Assembly (NCBI GenBank): GCA_050944255.1
Contig: JBMNQS010000021.1
Span: 1 to 30,087, forward strand
Direction: 5' to 3'
DNA from: Christensenellales bacterium
GTDB taxonomy: Bacteria; Bacillota; Clostridia; Christensenellales; Maliibacteriaceae
Length of the DNA stretch: 30,087 nt
A program made the translations under genes and the position numbers. A model generated the notes under the pieces. That model did no database searches. It saw nothing but the letters and a program-made list of their open reading frames with translations, and was not told the DNA's origin. Shown one piece after another: positions 1-7,572 of this stretch (position 1 is its first letter; every line of letters starts with the position of its first letter).

Positions 1-235
1 AAGAACTCCAAAGAATTTTATCGCGCTTCGCGGGAGGGGTAGGATGATTTGCGGGTAAAATCGATTTACGCGGAAGAAAATGTGCGGAGCATGGGTTTTG
101 GTACGAGGCTTCTAAAGAACTCCAAAGAATTTTACTGCGCTTCGCGGGAGGGGGAAGGATGATTTGCGGGGAAAAAGGTTTTGTGTGGGGGAAAATTACC
201 GCGATTCGTGGGGGGAAGGTAATTTACGGGAAAAT
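1..235. repeat. Imperfect direct repeats. A 57-nt unit occurs at 1-57 and 115-172. A degenerate third copy of its G-rich 3' part lies at about 193-230.
   Basis: aagaactccaaagaattttatcgcgcttcgcgggaggggtaggatgatttgcggg (1-55) recurs at 115-171 with about 3 substitutions and 1 indel. The sub-motif ATTT(G/A)CG(C)GG-N-AAAA occurs 4 times. The window starts inside the element, so its full extent is unknown. Confidence 0.7.
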
Positions 236-283
236 AGACTTGAAGGGAAAATAAGGCCGAGAGGATTTTTTATAAGTGATAAA

Positions 284-325
284 CAAAGCCCTGCGGAAGA
301 TGCGCAGGACTTTGTTGTTTTTATT
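284..325. terminator. Hairpin with T-rich tracts on both sides, probably the terminator of the minus-strand aldolase gene
   Basis: caaagccctgcg (284-295) pairs with cgcaggactttg (303-314) with one mismatch. It is followed by ttgtttttattt on the plus strand and by tttgttta on the minus strand. Confidence 0.5.
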
Positions 326-399
326 TACGGCTGGGTGAGGCTTGACTGCGGCCAACATGAGCTGAACTGGCGGTGTGGAGCGCTTTTGTTTGGCTTTAT

Positions 400-1083
400 T
401 TACATCTGGGTGATGCGCACGTCGCCGCGCACATCGGTCCAGGACTGCTTGAAGGCGGCTATGGCCGCGCGCACGTTGGGCAGGTCCATGGCCTCATCAA
501 GAAGCTCCGGCATCACCGTGACGCAGTGGGCGCCGGCCAAAAGGGCGCCCGTGAGCTGCTCCGGGGTCTTGAAGCCGGCGGCCAGGATTTTAGCGTCCGA
601 TACGTTTTCATCGATCATCCGGCGCAGCGCTGCGATGGTTTCATAGATGTCCACGTTCTGGCTTTCGATGCGGTTGCAGTAGGGGGCGATGTAGTCCGCG
701 CCAGCGCAGATGGCCAAAAAGCCCTGTATCTTCGTGTAGATGGCGGTGGCCGTGACGCCTATGCCACGGGCTTTCAGAAGGCTCATGGCCTTGATGCCCT
801 GCGGATCGGCCGGCACTTTGATGAAGATGGCGTCGTCCCCGGTGCCCCCAAGTACCGCTTCGGCTTCATCCAAAATGTCTTCGGCCTTGTCGGCGGTGAT
901 CTGTACGTGGAGCGTGCGCTCATGGCCGATGAGCCGGCGGACCTGCCTTAAATGCCCGAAAAAATCCACGGGCCCTTCGCGCTTGAAGATGGTGGGGTTG
1001 CTGGTCACGCCGGTGAAAAACGGGTAGAGGTCGGCGCTTCTTTTCAGCGTGTCCAAATGCACGGTGTCAAACATAAATTCCAT
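400..1083 (-). CDS. Transaldolase-family class I aldolase (TalC/fructose-6-phosphate aldolase-like), 227 aa
   Basis: MEFMFDTVHLD...GVTSNPTIF...IFIKVPA (Schiff-base Lys context)...GADYIAPYCNRI are transaldolase type 3B/Fsa hallmarks. The ATG at 1083 is preceded by GGAGGA. The longer ORF reaching 1320 has an Arg-rich, implausible N-terminal extension. Confidence 0.85.
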   Translation of the reverse strand: MEFMFDTVHLDTLKRSADLYPFFTGVTSNPTIFKREGPVDFFGHLRQVRRLIGHERTLHVQITADKAEDILDEAEAVLGGTGDDAIFIKVPADPQGIKAMSLLKARGIGVTATAIYTKIQGFLAICAGADYIAPYCNRIESQNVDIYETIAALRRMIDENVSDAKILAAGFKTPEQLTGALLAGAHCVTVMPELLDEAMDLPNVRAAIAAFKQSWTDVRGDVRITQM

Positions 1084-1114
1084 GGGCGTCCTCCTGAAAG
1101 AAAATGCTGACTTT

Positions 1115-1123
1115 ATTATAGCA
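1115..1123 (-). promoter_or_regulatory. Extended -10 promoter element (TGCTATAAT on the minus strand) for the aldolase gene
   Basis: The reverse complement of attatagca is TGCTATAAT, about 32 nt upstream of the ATG at 1083. The -35 is weak. Confidence 0.45.
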
Positions 1124-1403
1124 CGAGCGGAGCGGGCTGTGCGTCTTTTATCAAAAGATTTATGAAAGCCGGCCACGACTTTTTGCGCAGAGAGAAGGCC
1201 GTTTCCCCTGAAAAAACGACGGCCCGGAAAAAAGGATGAAAGACGCCGGAAAAGCCCCGGGTGTACGGCGGCGGGATTCGACAGTCTTTTTGCGCGCTCT
1301 GTTGGACAAATTCTATGCAAGTTGGGCCAATTATGGCATAACGGGCCGGGATTTTGCCTATGTATGTCTTAGGATGATTTCACAGTTACGGGAGGAATGC
1401 TCT

Positions 1404-2573
1404 ATGAAGCGACGTTTTATAGGGAGGTTGGCGTGGCTCGTATTGATGATGCTGCTCATAGCCGCGCCGGCGCACGCCGCCGTGCCGGCCTTTCCCGATA
1501 CGGGCACGTGCAAGGCCAATATTTTGGTGGACGCCTCCACGGGAACGGTGCTGTCTGAAAAAAATGCGGATGACAAGCTGCCCATGGCCAGCCTCACCAA
1601 GATGATGACGCTGATTCTGGCCTTCGAGGCCATCGAAAGGGGTGAACTGTCGCTGGAAGACAGCCTGGTGATTTCCCAGAGCGCGGCGCGCGTCGGCGGG
1701 TCCACCGCGTTTTTGGATGCCGGTTCCAGTTATAAAATCAACGATCTGCTCCTGAGCATCGTGGTGGCCTCGGCCAACGACTCGGCCACGGCCATTGCCG
1801 AAAGACTGTCCGGTACCGAGGCGGTGTTCGCGCAGCGCATGAACGAAAAGGCGCAGCAGATGGGGCTGACCAATACCCATTTTGCCAACGCTACCGGGCT
1901 TCCCACCGAAAACCATTATTCATCGGCGCGGGATCTGGCCGTGATGGCGGCGGAACTGATGAATCACCCGCAGTACTTCGCCTATTCCACCATATGGATT
2001 GAAGAATTTGTACACCCCTCCGGCCGCGTGACCATGCTGACCAACACCAATAAACTGCTGCGGCAGGGCATCGGCGTGGACGGCGTGAAAACCGGGTTCA
2101 CAAACGATGCGGGACACTGCCTGGCCAGCTCCGGCGAGCGTGAGGGCATGCGTTTAATCAGCGTGGTGCTGGGGGCCACTTCGTCGAAGAACCGGTTCGA
2201 TGAGGGCGCCGCGCTTCTGGAATACGGCTTTGCCAACTATCAGCTGGTCACCATTGAGAAACCCGTGGACAGTCCGCCCTGGAGCGTGGCGGTCATCGGA
2301 GGCAAGGTGTCCAATATAGTTCTCGTACCGGCTCAAAGGCTGGAAATGGTGGTGGAGCGCGGCACGGCCATGGAACTGCAGCACGATATCCAGATACCTG
2401 AAAAAGTAGCCGCTCCCATCGGGCAGGGCCAGCGGATAGGTACGTGGACCATCACCCAAAACGGCGAAGAAAAGGCCGTCATCGACCTGGTGGCCGCCGA
2501 GACGGTGGAAAAAGCCAACTATGGCGATTATCTCAATAAAATATTCCAGAGGTGGCTTTCCAAGGCGGCATAG
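1404..2573 (+). CDS. dacB: D-alanyl-D-alanine carboxypeptidase (peptidase S11, PBP5*/DacB-like) with signal peptide
   Basis: Signal peptide MKRRFIGRLAWLVLMMLLIAAPAHA. Motifs: SxxK (ASLTKMM), SxN (SANDS), KTG (VKTGFT). GGGAGGA RBS at 1389-1395 precedes the ATG at 1404. The ORF-track start at 1236 is an unlikely extension. Confidence 0.9.
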   Translation: MKRRFIGRLAWLVLMMLLIAAPAHAAVPAFPDTGTCKANILVDASTGTVLSEKNADDKLPMASLTKMMTLILAFEAIERGELSLEDSLVISQSAARVGGSTAFLDAGSSYKINDLLLSIVVASANDSATAIAERLSGTEAVFAQRMNEKAQQMGLTNTHFANATGLPTENHYSSARDLAVMAAELMNHPQYFAYSTIWIEEFVHPSGRVTMLTNTNKLLRQGIGVDGVKTGFTNDAGHCLASSGEREGMRLISVVLGATSSKNRFDEGAALLEYGFANYQLVTIEKPVDSPPWSVAVIGGKVSNIVLVPAQRLEMVVERGTAMELQHDIQIPEKVAAPIGQGQRIGTWTITQNGEEKAVIDLVAAETVEKANYGDYLNKIFQRWLSKAA

Positions 2574-2666
2574 AATAAACTGAAAATGGCGCATTCCGCC
2601 GATTCTGCTAGCTGCGCCGCGCAAAACCAGCCCTCCGTAATCTCCAAAAGAACTTTTTGACAGCCT

Positions 2667-2696
2667 GGGGCGCCGTGTAAACCGCGCCCTTTTTTA
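2667..2696 (+). terminator. Rho-independent terminator after dacB
   Basis: GGGCGC (2668-2673) pairs with GCGCCC (2684-2689), followed by tttttta. Confidence 0.6.
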
Positions 2697-2697
2697 T

Positions 2698-2726
2698 TTG
2701 CGAATCGCGGGGCGATGAGCTATAAT
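2698..2726 (+). promoter_or_regulatory. SigmaA-type promoter TTGCGA-17-TATAAT
   Basis: -35 ttgcga at 2698-2703, 17-nt spacer, -10 tataat at 2721-2726, located 35 nt upstream of the M50 protease start. Confidence 0.6.
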
Positions 2727-2760
2727 ATCTGTATTGCCTGATAGGATAGGAGACATCGGT

Positions 2761-3390
2761 TTGAATTGGATCGTTAATTTTTTGTGCGGGCTGCCGGCCA
2801 TTATACTGGCTATCGGCGTGCATGAGTACGCCCACGCGAAGGTGGCCGATTCGCTTGGGGACAATACGCCCAGGCTGATGGGCCGGGTCACGCTGGACCC
2901 GTTTGTCCACATTGATATTCTGGGGCTGGTCTGCCTGGCGGTGATGGGATTCGGATGGGGCAAGCCCGTCAGGACCAACCCCGGCAACTTCAAGAACCCC
3001 CGAAGGGGCTCCATGCTGGTGGCGCTGGCCGGGCCGCTTTCCAATCTGTGCCTGGCGCTGATTTTTCAGGTGGTGCTCATCCTGTTCTACCGCTTCGCGC
3101 CGGCCAATGTGACGGTCTTTAACGTGACCGAGAGCATCTTAACGCCGTTTGTAACGTGGAATATACTGCTTTTTGCCTTCAACTTGTTCCCGGTGCCTCC
3201 GCTGGACGGCTACCACGTGCTGGAGGGCATCCTCGGCGCGCGCGCCCCCCGCTTCCGCCGCTTTATGAAACAGTACGGCATCGGCGTGCTGATCCTGCTT
3301 TCGCTGCTTGGCGTCACCGGCTTTTTCATCTCCATTATATCGGGTATTCTACAGCTGCCCATGCTGACGCTGGCCAATCTGATTTTATAG
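2761..3390 (+). CDS. Site-2 protease family (peptidase M50) membrane metalloprotease
   Basis: HEYAHA zinc motif (HExxH), several hydrophobic segments, and LFPVPPLDG (the NxxPxxxLDG-type second motif). The TTG at 2761 lies 7 nt after AGGAGA (2748-2753). The ORF track's longest start is the TTG at 2734. Confidence 0.85.
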   Translation: MNWIVNFLCGLPAIILAIGVHEYAHAKVADSLGDNTPRLMGRVTLDPFVHIDILGLVCLAVMGFGWGKPVRTNPGNFKNPRRGSMLVALAGPLSNLCLALIFQVVLILFYRFAPANVTVFNVTESILTPFVTWNILLFAFNLFPVPPLDGYHVLEGILGARAPRFRRFMKQYGIGVLILLSLLGVTGFFISIISGILQLPMLTLANLIL

Positions 3391-3400
3391 GTGCCCCATT

Positions 3401-4189
3401 ATGTATATCGTACAGCTTGATCAATTCGAGGGGCCGCTGGACCTGCTGCTGCACCTGATACGCAGGGCCCAGATTGATATTGCCGATATATTCGTTTCGC
3501 AGATCACCCAGCAGTACCTGGATATTATGCAGGCGGCGGAGTCCATCGATATGGAGGTCTCCAGCGAGTTCATCGCCATGGCGGCCACGCTGGTGGAGAT
3601 CAAGTCGCGCTCGCTTCTTCCCAGGCCTCCCAAAGAGACGGAGGAAGCCCAGGAGGACCCCGAGGCGCTGCTGATCCGCCAATTGGAGGAATACAACCGG
3701 TTCAAGCAGGCCTCCGAAGCGCTGCGTAATCTGGAGGCGCTGGGCAAACAGTCCTTTTATAAACTGCCGGAGGAACTTCTGCCGCCGGAGCCGGAACTCG
3801 ACCTCGAGGGCGTCGGCGTGGACGCGCTCTACGAGGCGCTCAAAAGCGTGATCCTGCGAAGCCGCGAAAGGACCATGCGGGAGCAGATACCGAGGCAGCG
3901 CGACATCATGCGGGACGCCTTTACCGTGGGCGAGCGGATCGGCTACATCCGAAATACCCTCAAGGCGCGGCGGACGATGCGCTTTGACGAGCTGTTTGAA
4001 GAGGCGGTGACCCGCCCGGAGATTGTCACCACGTTTATCGCCATGCTGGAGTTGATGCGGATGCGGCGCATCAAAATCAGCCAGAGCCGCGTGTACGACC
4101 CCATCGTCCTTTCCTGGCGGGACAGGAAGATCAATAAACTAGGAGATAGCATTGGAAAACGCAGGGGAGCAAAACCGGCAAATGAATAA
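3401..4189 (+). CDS. scpA: Segregation and condensation protein A (kleisin of SMC complex)
   Basis: N-terminus MYIVQLDQFEGPLDLLLHLIRRAQIDIADIFVSQITQQYL is the ScpA signature. It is followed by scpB. Confidence 0.93.
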   Translation: MYIVQLDQFEGPLDLLLHLIRRAQIDIADIFVSQITQQYLDIMQAAESIDMEVSSEFIAMAATLVEIKSRSLLPRPPKETEEAQEDPEALLIRQLEEYNRFKQASEALRNLEALGKQSFYKLPEELLPPEPELDLEGVGVDALYEALKSVILRSRERTMREQIPRQRDIMRDAFTVGERIGYIRNTLKARRTMRFDELFEEAVTRPEIVTTFIAMLELMRMRRIKISQSRVYDPIVLSWRDRKINKLGDSIGKRRGAKPANE

Positions 4190-4859
4190 CGATAAAGCGG
4201 CGCAGCAGCAGTTCGTCTTCGAAGGGGACGAGCTGGTATCGGTGATGGAGGCGCTGCTGTTTGCCTCCGGCGACGCCCTGGATATAAAGGAGATCGCAAA
4301 GGCGCTGTCCATTCATCCGGACGCGGCGCAGGCGGCCGTGGAACGGCTGGCCAGCCAGTACGACTACCACAGGCGGGGCCTGTCGGTGGTGCGCTTTGGG
4401 CAGAAGGTGCAATTGGCCACCCGCAGGGAGTACGGCGCCGTGATCGAGAAGCTGTTTTTTTCCGGCGGCAGGCAGAGCCTTTCTCAGAGCGCGCTGGAGA
4501 CGCTGGCGATCATCGCGTACCGCCAGCCGGTGACGCGCCTTGACGTGGAGATGATCCGCGGGGTGCGCTGCGAGTACGCGGTGGCCTCCCTGGCCGGCAA
4601 GGGGCTGATCCATGAGGTGGGCCGCAAGGATACCCTTGGCAGGCCGATCCTCTACGGTACCACGGACGCGTTTCTGCGCCATTTTGCCATCGAGTCCTTG
4701 GACGACCTGCCCAGCCTCGATCAGTTTGCGCTGCTGGCCGAGGGCAAGGCGCAGGTGCCCGCCGACGAGTTTGAGGCGCTGGAGCGCTCCATGGAAGCGT
4801 CCGATGAGGGCGGATCAGGCGAAGATGCACCCGAGGCGAAAATCACCGAAGCGCTGTAA
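4152..4859 (+). CDS. scpB: Segregation and condensation protein B
   Basis: VMEALLFASGDALDIKEIAKAL...LETLAIIAYRQPVTRLDVEMIRGV...GRPILYGTTDAFLRHF are ScpB winged-helix motifs. The TTG at 4152 lies 5 nt after AGGAGA. An alternative ATG at 4182 overlaps the scpA stop. Confidence 0.9.
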   Translation: MENAGEQNRQMNNDKAAQQQFVFEGDELVSVMEALLFASGDALDIKEIAKALSIHPDAAQAAVERLASQYDYHRRGLSVVRFGQKVQLATRREYGAVIEKLFFSGGRQSLSQSALETLAIIAYRQPVTRLDVEMIRGVRCEYAVASLAGKGLIHEVGRKDTLGRPILYGTTDAFLRHFAIESLDDLPSLDQFALLAEGKAQVPADEFEALERSMEASDEGGSGEDAPEAKITEAL

Positions 4860-4878
4860 GCGAAAAAAGGAGGTCTTT

Positions 4879-5427
4879 ATGCTCTTTGAAACAAAGCGCC
4901 TTTACGCGCGCCAATTGACGGCGGATGATTTTGACGACGCGGCGGAAATTCTCACGGACCCGCAGACCATGTACGCCTATCCCAGCCCCAAGACCCGCGA
5001 AGAGGTGCATGCGTTTATCCAAAAGCACCTGGACAACTATGAGAAGCACGGTTACAGCTGGTGGGCGTTCATCGATAAGGAAAGCGGCGAATACGTCGGG
5101 CACGCGGGGCTCTTATGGCTGGACCTTGAGGGTGAGGACATCCTGGAGGTGGGCTACCACGTGAAGAAAAAACACTGGGGAAAGGGCTACGCCACCGAAA
5201 TGGCGCGGGCGGTGAAACGCTGGGCCTTTGCGCATACCGATGCGGAGCGGGTATACTCTTTAATTGCGCAGACCAACCGGGCGTCGGTCCATGTGGCCGA
5301 GAAAAACGGCATGCGCCTGGAGCGGGCGTATACGTGGTATAATTTCTTCGGAAAGGACGTGCCGCACTTCGCCTACATGGCGCGCAGGCAGGAGGCGGAA
5401 TCCTCAGCGCCAGACGCCGGCGAATGA
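4879..5427 (+). CDS. GNAT family N-acetyltransferase (RimJ/RimL-like, Acetyltransf_3), 182 aa
   Basis: MLFETKRLYARQLTADD...GHAGL...VGYHVKKKHWGKGYATE...N.AS..V.EK.GM pattern. AAGGAGG at 4867-4873 precedes the ATG at 4879. The ORF-track start at 4612 overlaps scpB and is rejected. Confidence 0.85.
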   Translation: MLFETKRLYARQLTADDFDDAAEILTDPQTMYAYPSPKTREEVHAFIQKHLDNYEKHGYSWWAFIDKESGEYVGHAGLLWLDLEGEDILEVGYHVKKKHWGKGYATEMARAVKRWAFAHTDAERVYSLIAQTNRASVHVAEKNGMRLERAYTWYNFFGKDVPHFAYMARRQEAESSAPDAGE

Positions 5428-5517
5428 GGCCTGAATAAACGCAGAGACGCCGAATACCGCGGCGTATATTGAACCAAACGGCAGGCCAGACCTGTCAAAA
5501 AAGTCCTTCCGGGGGTT

Positions 5518-5544
5518 ATTAGGGGGCCACAGCCCCCTAATTTT
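5518..5544 (+). terminator. Rho-independent terminator after the GNAT gene
   Basis: attagggggc (5518-5527) pairs with gccccctaat (5532-5541), followed by tttt. Confidence 0.7.
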
Positions 5545-5548
5545 AATT

Positions 5549-5718
5549 CCGTGGGCAAGGGCGACATGTGCGGCCGCAGCCCACACCGCTCAGGGTTTTC
5601 CGGCCGCTGCAAAAATCCGTTTATCGATTTTTGCAGTAGGAAAATCCCTGGTAGTTCCGTCAAAAAACTTTGTTTTTTGACGGCCTCATTAGCCCGCGCA
5701 TGCGCGGGCCGCTTTTTT
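5549..5718 (+). ncRNA. Candidate structured RNA of about 170 nt (nested helices plus its own terminator), class unknown
   Basis: Helices: gtgggc/gcccac (5551-5556/5579-5584); cagggttttcc/ggaaaatccctg (5591-5601/5639-5650) enclosing the perfect 11-bp hairpin ctgcaaaaatc/gatttttgcag (5607-5617/5626-5636); 12-bp hairpin ccgtcaaaaaac/gttttttgacgg (5657-5668/5672-5683); terminator gcccgcgca/tgcgcgggc (5692-5709) followed by tttttt. No convincing ORF. No clear promoter was found. Confidence 0.3.
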
Positions 5719-5719
5719 C

Positions 5720-5749
5720 GTATGGATTGCAATCAAACGGGCCATGCTA
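5720..5749 (+). promoter_or_regulatory. Forespore-type (sigmaG/sigmaF-like) promoter GTATG-18-CATGCTA upstream of ytfI-ytfJ
   Basis: Fits the B. subtilis sigmaG consensus GHATR-N17/18-CATXHTA and lies 33 nt upstream of the ytfI start. B. subtilis ytfI/ytfJ are forespore-expressed. Confidence 0.45.
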
Positions 5750-5781
5750 CGAAATGAAAACTGTTTAATTCTGGAAAGGGG

Positions 5782-6468
5782 ATGTGCCATTTGTGGGCGC
5801 TGTTTCTGCTGTACGCGCTGTGGATACTGATCGTATGCGTGTTTTTTGTGCGGCTGCGCGTGAATGTGGATATGGATTGGTCGGAAAAGCTGCCCACATT
5901 AGCGGTGCGCGTCCATATCGGAAAAATCAAAACGGGACTGAAAGTGACCGTGACCACGCACCGGACGCAGCCGGGGCACTATCATGCGGTCATCCATCTG
6001 CCGCTCAAAAAGAAAAAGCGGTTTCAGCTCCTGCCGCCCACCAAAAAAGAAGTGACGGACATCCGGTTTTTCAGGGATATCTGGTCATCCGAAAAGCTGA
6101 AGGCGGCCGTGCGCAGGCATTTGCTGATTGAAAAAATCCGCGTGGGCCTCGCCGTTGGCCTGGGACCGCAGGCCGCCCAACAGACCGCCTTGGCCACAGG
6201 CATTTTAAAGACGCTTTTAGAGGTTGGCCTCAGTTTTTTGGCCGCCCATTGGCGCCTTTGGGAAAAGCGCGCCGACGTTGCACCGGATTTTAATAATTTG
6301 ACGTTAAAACTCAGGCTGCACTGCATATTTTCCATCACGATTGCACAAGTTATTCGTATCTTAGCGATGACATGGAAACAATATAGAAAAGCAAAGGCGG
6401 TAATACGATGCACGCACATCCAATCGAAAACATCATGCAGACAACCCTTGAAAACATCAAGGATATGA
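5782..6468 (+). CDS. ytfI: Sporulation protein YtfI-like (DUF2953), N-terminal membrane anchor
   Basis: Hydrophobic N-terminus LWALFLLYALWILIVCVFFV. It sits immediately upstream of, and overlapping, ytfJ, as in the conserved ytfI-ytfJ pair after scpAB in Firmicutes. The assignment rests mostly on context and size. Confidence 0.65.
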   Translation: MCHLWALFLLYALWILIVCVFFVRLRVNVDMDWSEKLPTLAVRVHIGKIKTGLKVTVTTHRTQPGHYHAVIHLPLKKKKRFQLLPPTKKEVTDIRFFRDIWSSEKLKAAVRRHLLIEKIRVGLAVGLGPQAAQQTALATGILKTLLEVGLSFLAAHWRLWEKRADVAPDFNNLTLKLRLHCIFSITIAQVIRILAMTWKQYRKAKAVIRCTHIQSKTSCRQPLKTSRI

Positions 6469-6884
6469 TTGACGTCAATACCATCGTCGGTGAGGCCATC
6501 ACCACGGTGGACGGAAGAACCATCATTCCCATCTCAAAAGTGTCCTTCGGATTCGTGTCCGGAGGCGGCGAGTATGAAAAAGCCAAAATGGGCTCTCAGG
6601 CAAAAGAAAGCCAGCCTTCCGGTGAATTGCCCTTTGCCGGCGGCTCCGGCGCAGGCGTTTCGCTGACGCCGGTGGCCTTCCTCGTGGTCTGCGACGATAC
6701 GGTCAGGCTGCTGTCCACGGACGTGCATACGCCGTATGACCGGATCATCGAACTGGTGCCGCAGGTGATCAGCGAGGTCAAAGGCATGTTCAAGGAAAAC
6801 GGTGGCAATGACATGATCATCATCGAGACGTCCGAAGAGGAGAACGCGGGCGAAATCCCCAAGACCACGAAAGAAGAATTTTAA
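6408..6884 (+). CDS. ytfJ: Sporulation protein YtfJ (GerW family)
   Basis: HPIENIMQTTLENIKDMIDVNTIVGEAITTVDGRTIIPISKVSFGFVSGGGE closely follows the YtfJ/GerW N-terminal signature. The start at 6408 keeps the conserved HPI motif and overlaps ytfI by 61 nt. Confidence 0.88.
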   Translation: MHAHPIENIMQTTLENIKDMIDVNTIVGEAITTVDGRTIIPISKVSFGFVSGGGEYEKAKMGSQAKESQPSGELPFAGGSGAGVSLTPVAFLVVCDDTVRLLSTDVHTPYDRIIELVPQVISEVKGMFKENGGNDMIIIETSEEENAGEIPKTTKEEF

Positions 6885-6947
6885 GCCAACCAGAGATAAG
6901 TGCCCCAATGTACTTTATCCTCCTAAATAAAGTAGCGAAAAGCCGCC

Positions 6948-6976
6948 GTATTTCGGGCGGCTTTTTGCTGGGCGCA
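6948..6976. terminator. Rho-independent terminator after ytfJ (A-tract/T-tract flanked)
   Basis: aaaagccgcc (6948-6957) pairs with ggcggc (6966-6971), followed by ttttt. Confidence 0.7.
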
Positions 6977-7113
6977 GATAGCTTTAAACGCCCTGAGGAA
7001 AAACTTTTCCCGCATATGGACCGGATGGGCGGCGGAACCGGCCGAATGGATGAAATGCCTTGCGCGCGCAGCCGCCGCGCACTATGCTGGTAGGGAAGGG
7101 AGTGAGCATTTGC

Positions 7114-7560
7114 ATGAAAGTGGATATCCAAATCGATCAAAATGCCCAGGAACCCTATGCCGTTATCTATGCCCGGGAGGTGACCGGCGAGCTTTTCGCG
7201 CTGGCGCAAAAATGGCGCGCGGGGGAGAGGATTTCCCCTTACATTATCGGGTACTCGGACGGCGCGGCGGCGCTGATCCGCCCGCAGGAGATCGTGCGCA
7301 TCTATACGCAGCAAAAAAGAGTGCTTTTGGAAACCGCCGAGCATACGTACGCGATCAGGCAAAGGCTGTATGAAATGATGAACATGGAGCTGGGCGCGCA
7401 GTTTGTGCGCATATCCCAGAGCGAGATCGTCAACTTTGACAGGGTGAAGAGCTTCGATATCAGCCTGGCGGGCTCCATGGCGGCCAAACTCGATAACGGC
7501 AAGACCACATTCGTTTCCAGGCGGTATGTGCCGCAGGTCAAGGCCTATCTGGGCCTTTAG
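7114..7560 (+). CDS. LytTR-family DNA-binding protein without a receiver domain, 148 aa
   Basis: IVRIYTQQKRVLLETAEHTYAIRQRLYEMMNMELGAQFVRISQSEIVNFDRVKSFD...FVSRRYVPQVKAYL is the LytTR pattern (F.R.hRS.iVN...I). The ATG at 7114 follows a GGGAAGGGAG purine tract. Confidence 0.85.
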   Translation: MKVDIQIDQNAQEPYAVIYAREVTGELFALAQKWRAGERISPYIIGYSDGAAALIRPQEIVRIYTQQKRVLLETAEHTYAIRQRLYEMMNMELGAQFVRISQSEIVNFDRVKSFDISLAGSMAAKLDNGKTTFVSRRYVPQVKAYLGL

Positions 7561-7572
7561 GAGGGATGAAGT

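Noticed and set aside
1-235. CRISPR array
   Set aside because: Only two to three imperfect copies are present. The 57-nt unit is too long, the spacing is irregular, and no cas genes are present. No other CRISPR-like periodic repeats occur in the window.
164-951. Plus-strand ORFs 164-646 and 373-951
   Set aside because: They overlap the repeat region and the antisense strand of the aldolase gene. They have no RBS and no motifs.
4612-4878. N-terminal extensions of real genes proposed by the longest-ORF track (4612 for the GNAT, 12336 for surE, 1236 for dacB, 17172 for ispH, 8104 for rluB, 7060 for LytTR, 27701 for the second LytTR, 29756 for the thioesterase, 1320 for the aldolase)
   Set aside because: The extensions overlap upstream genes or terminators, are compositionally aberrant, and bypass internal starts that have good RBS spacing and match the family N-termini.
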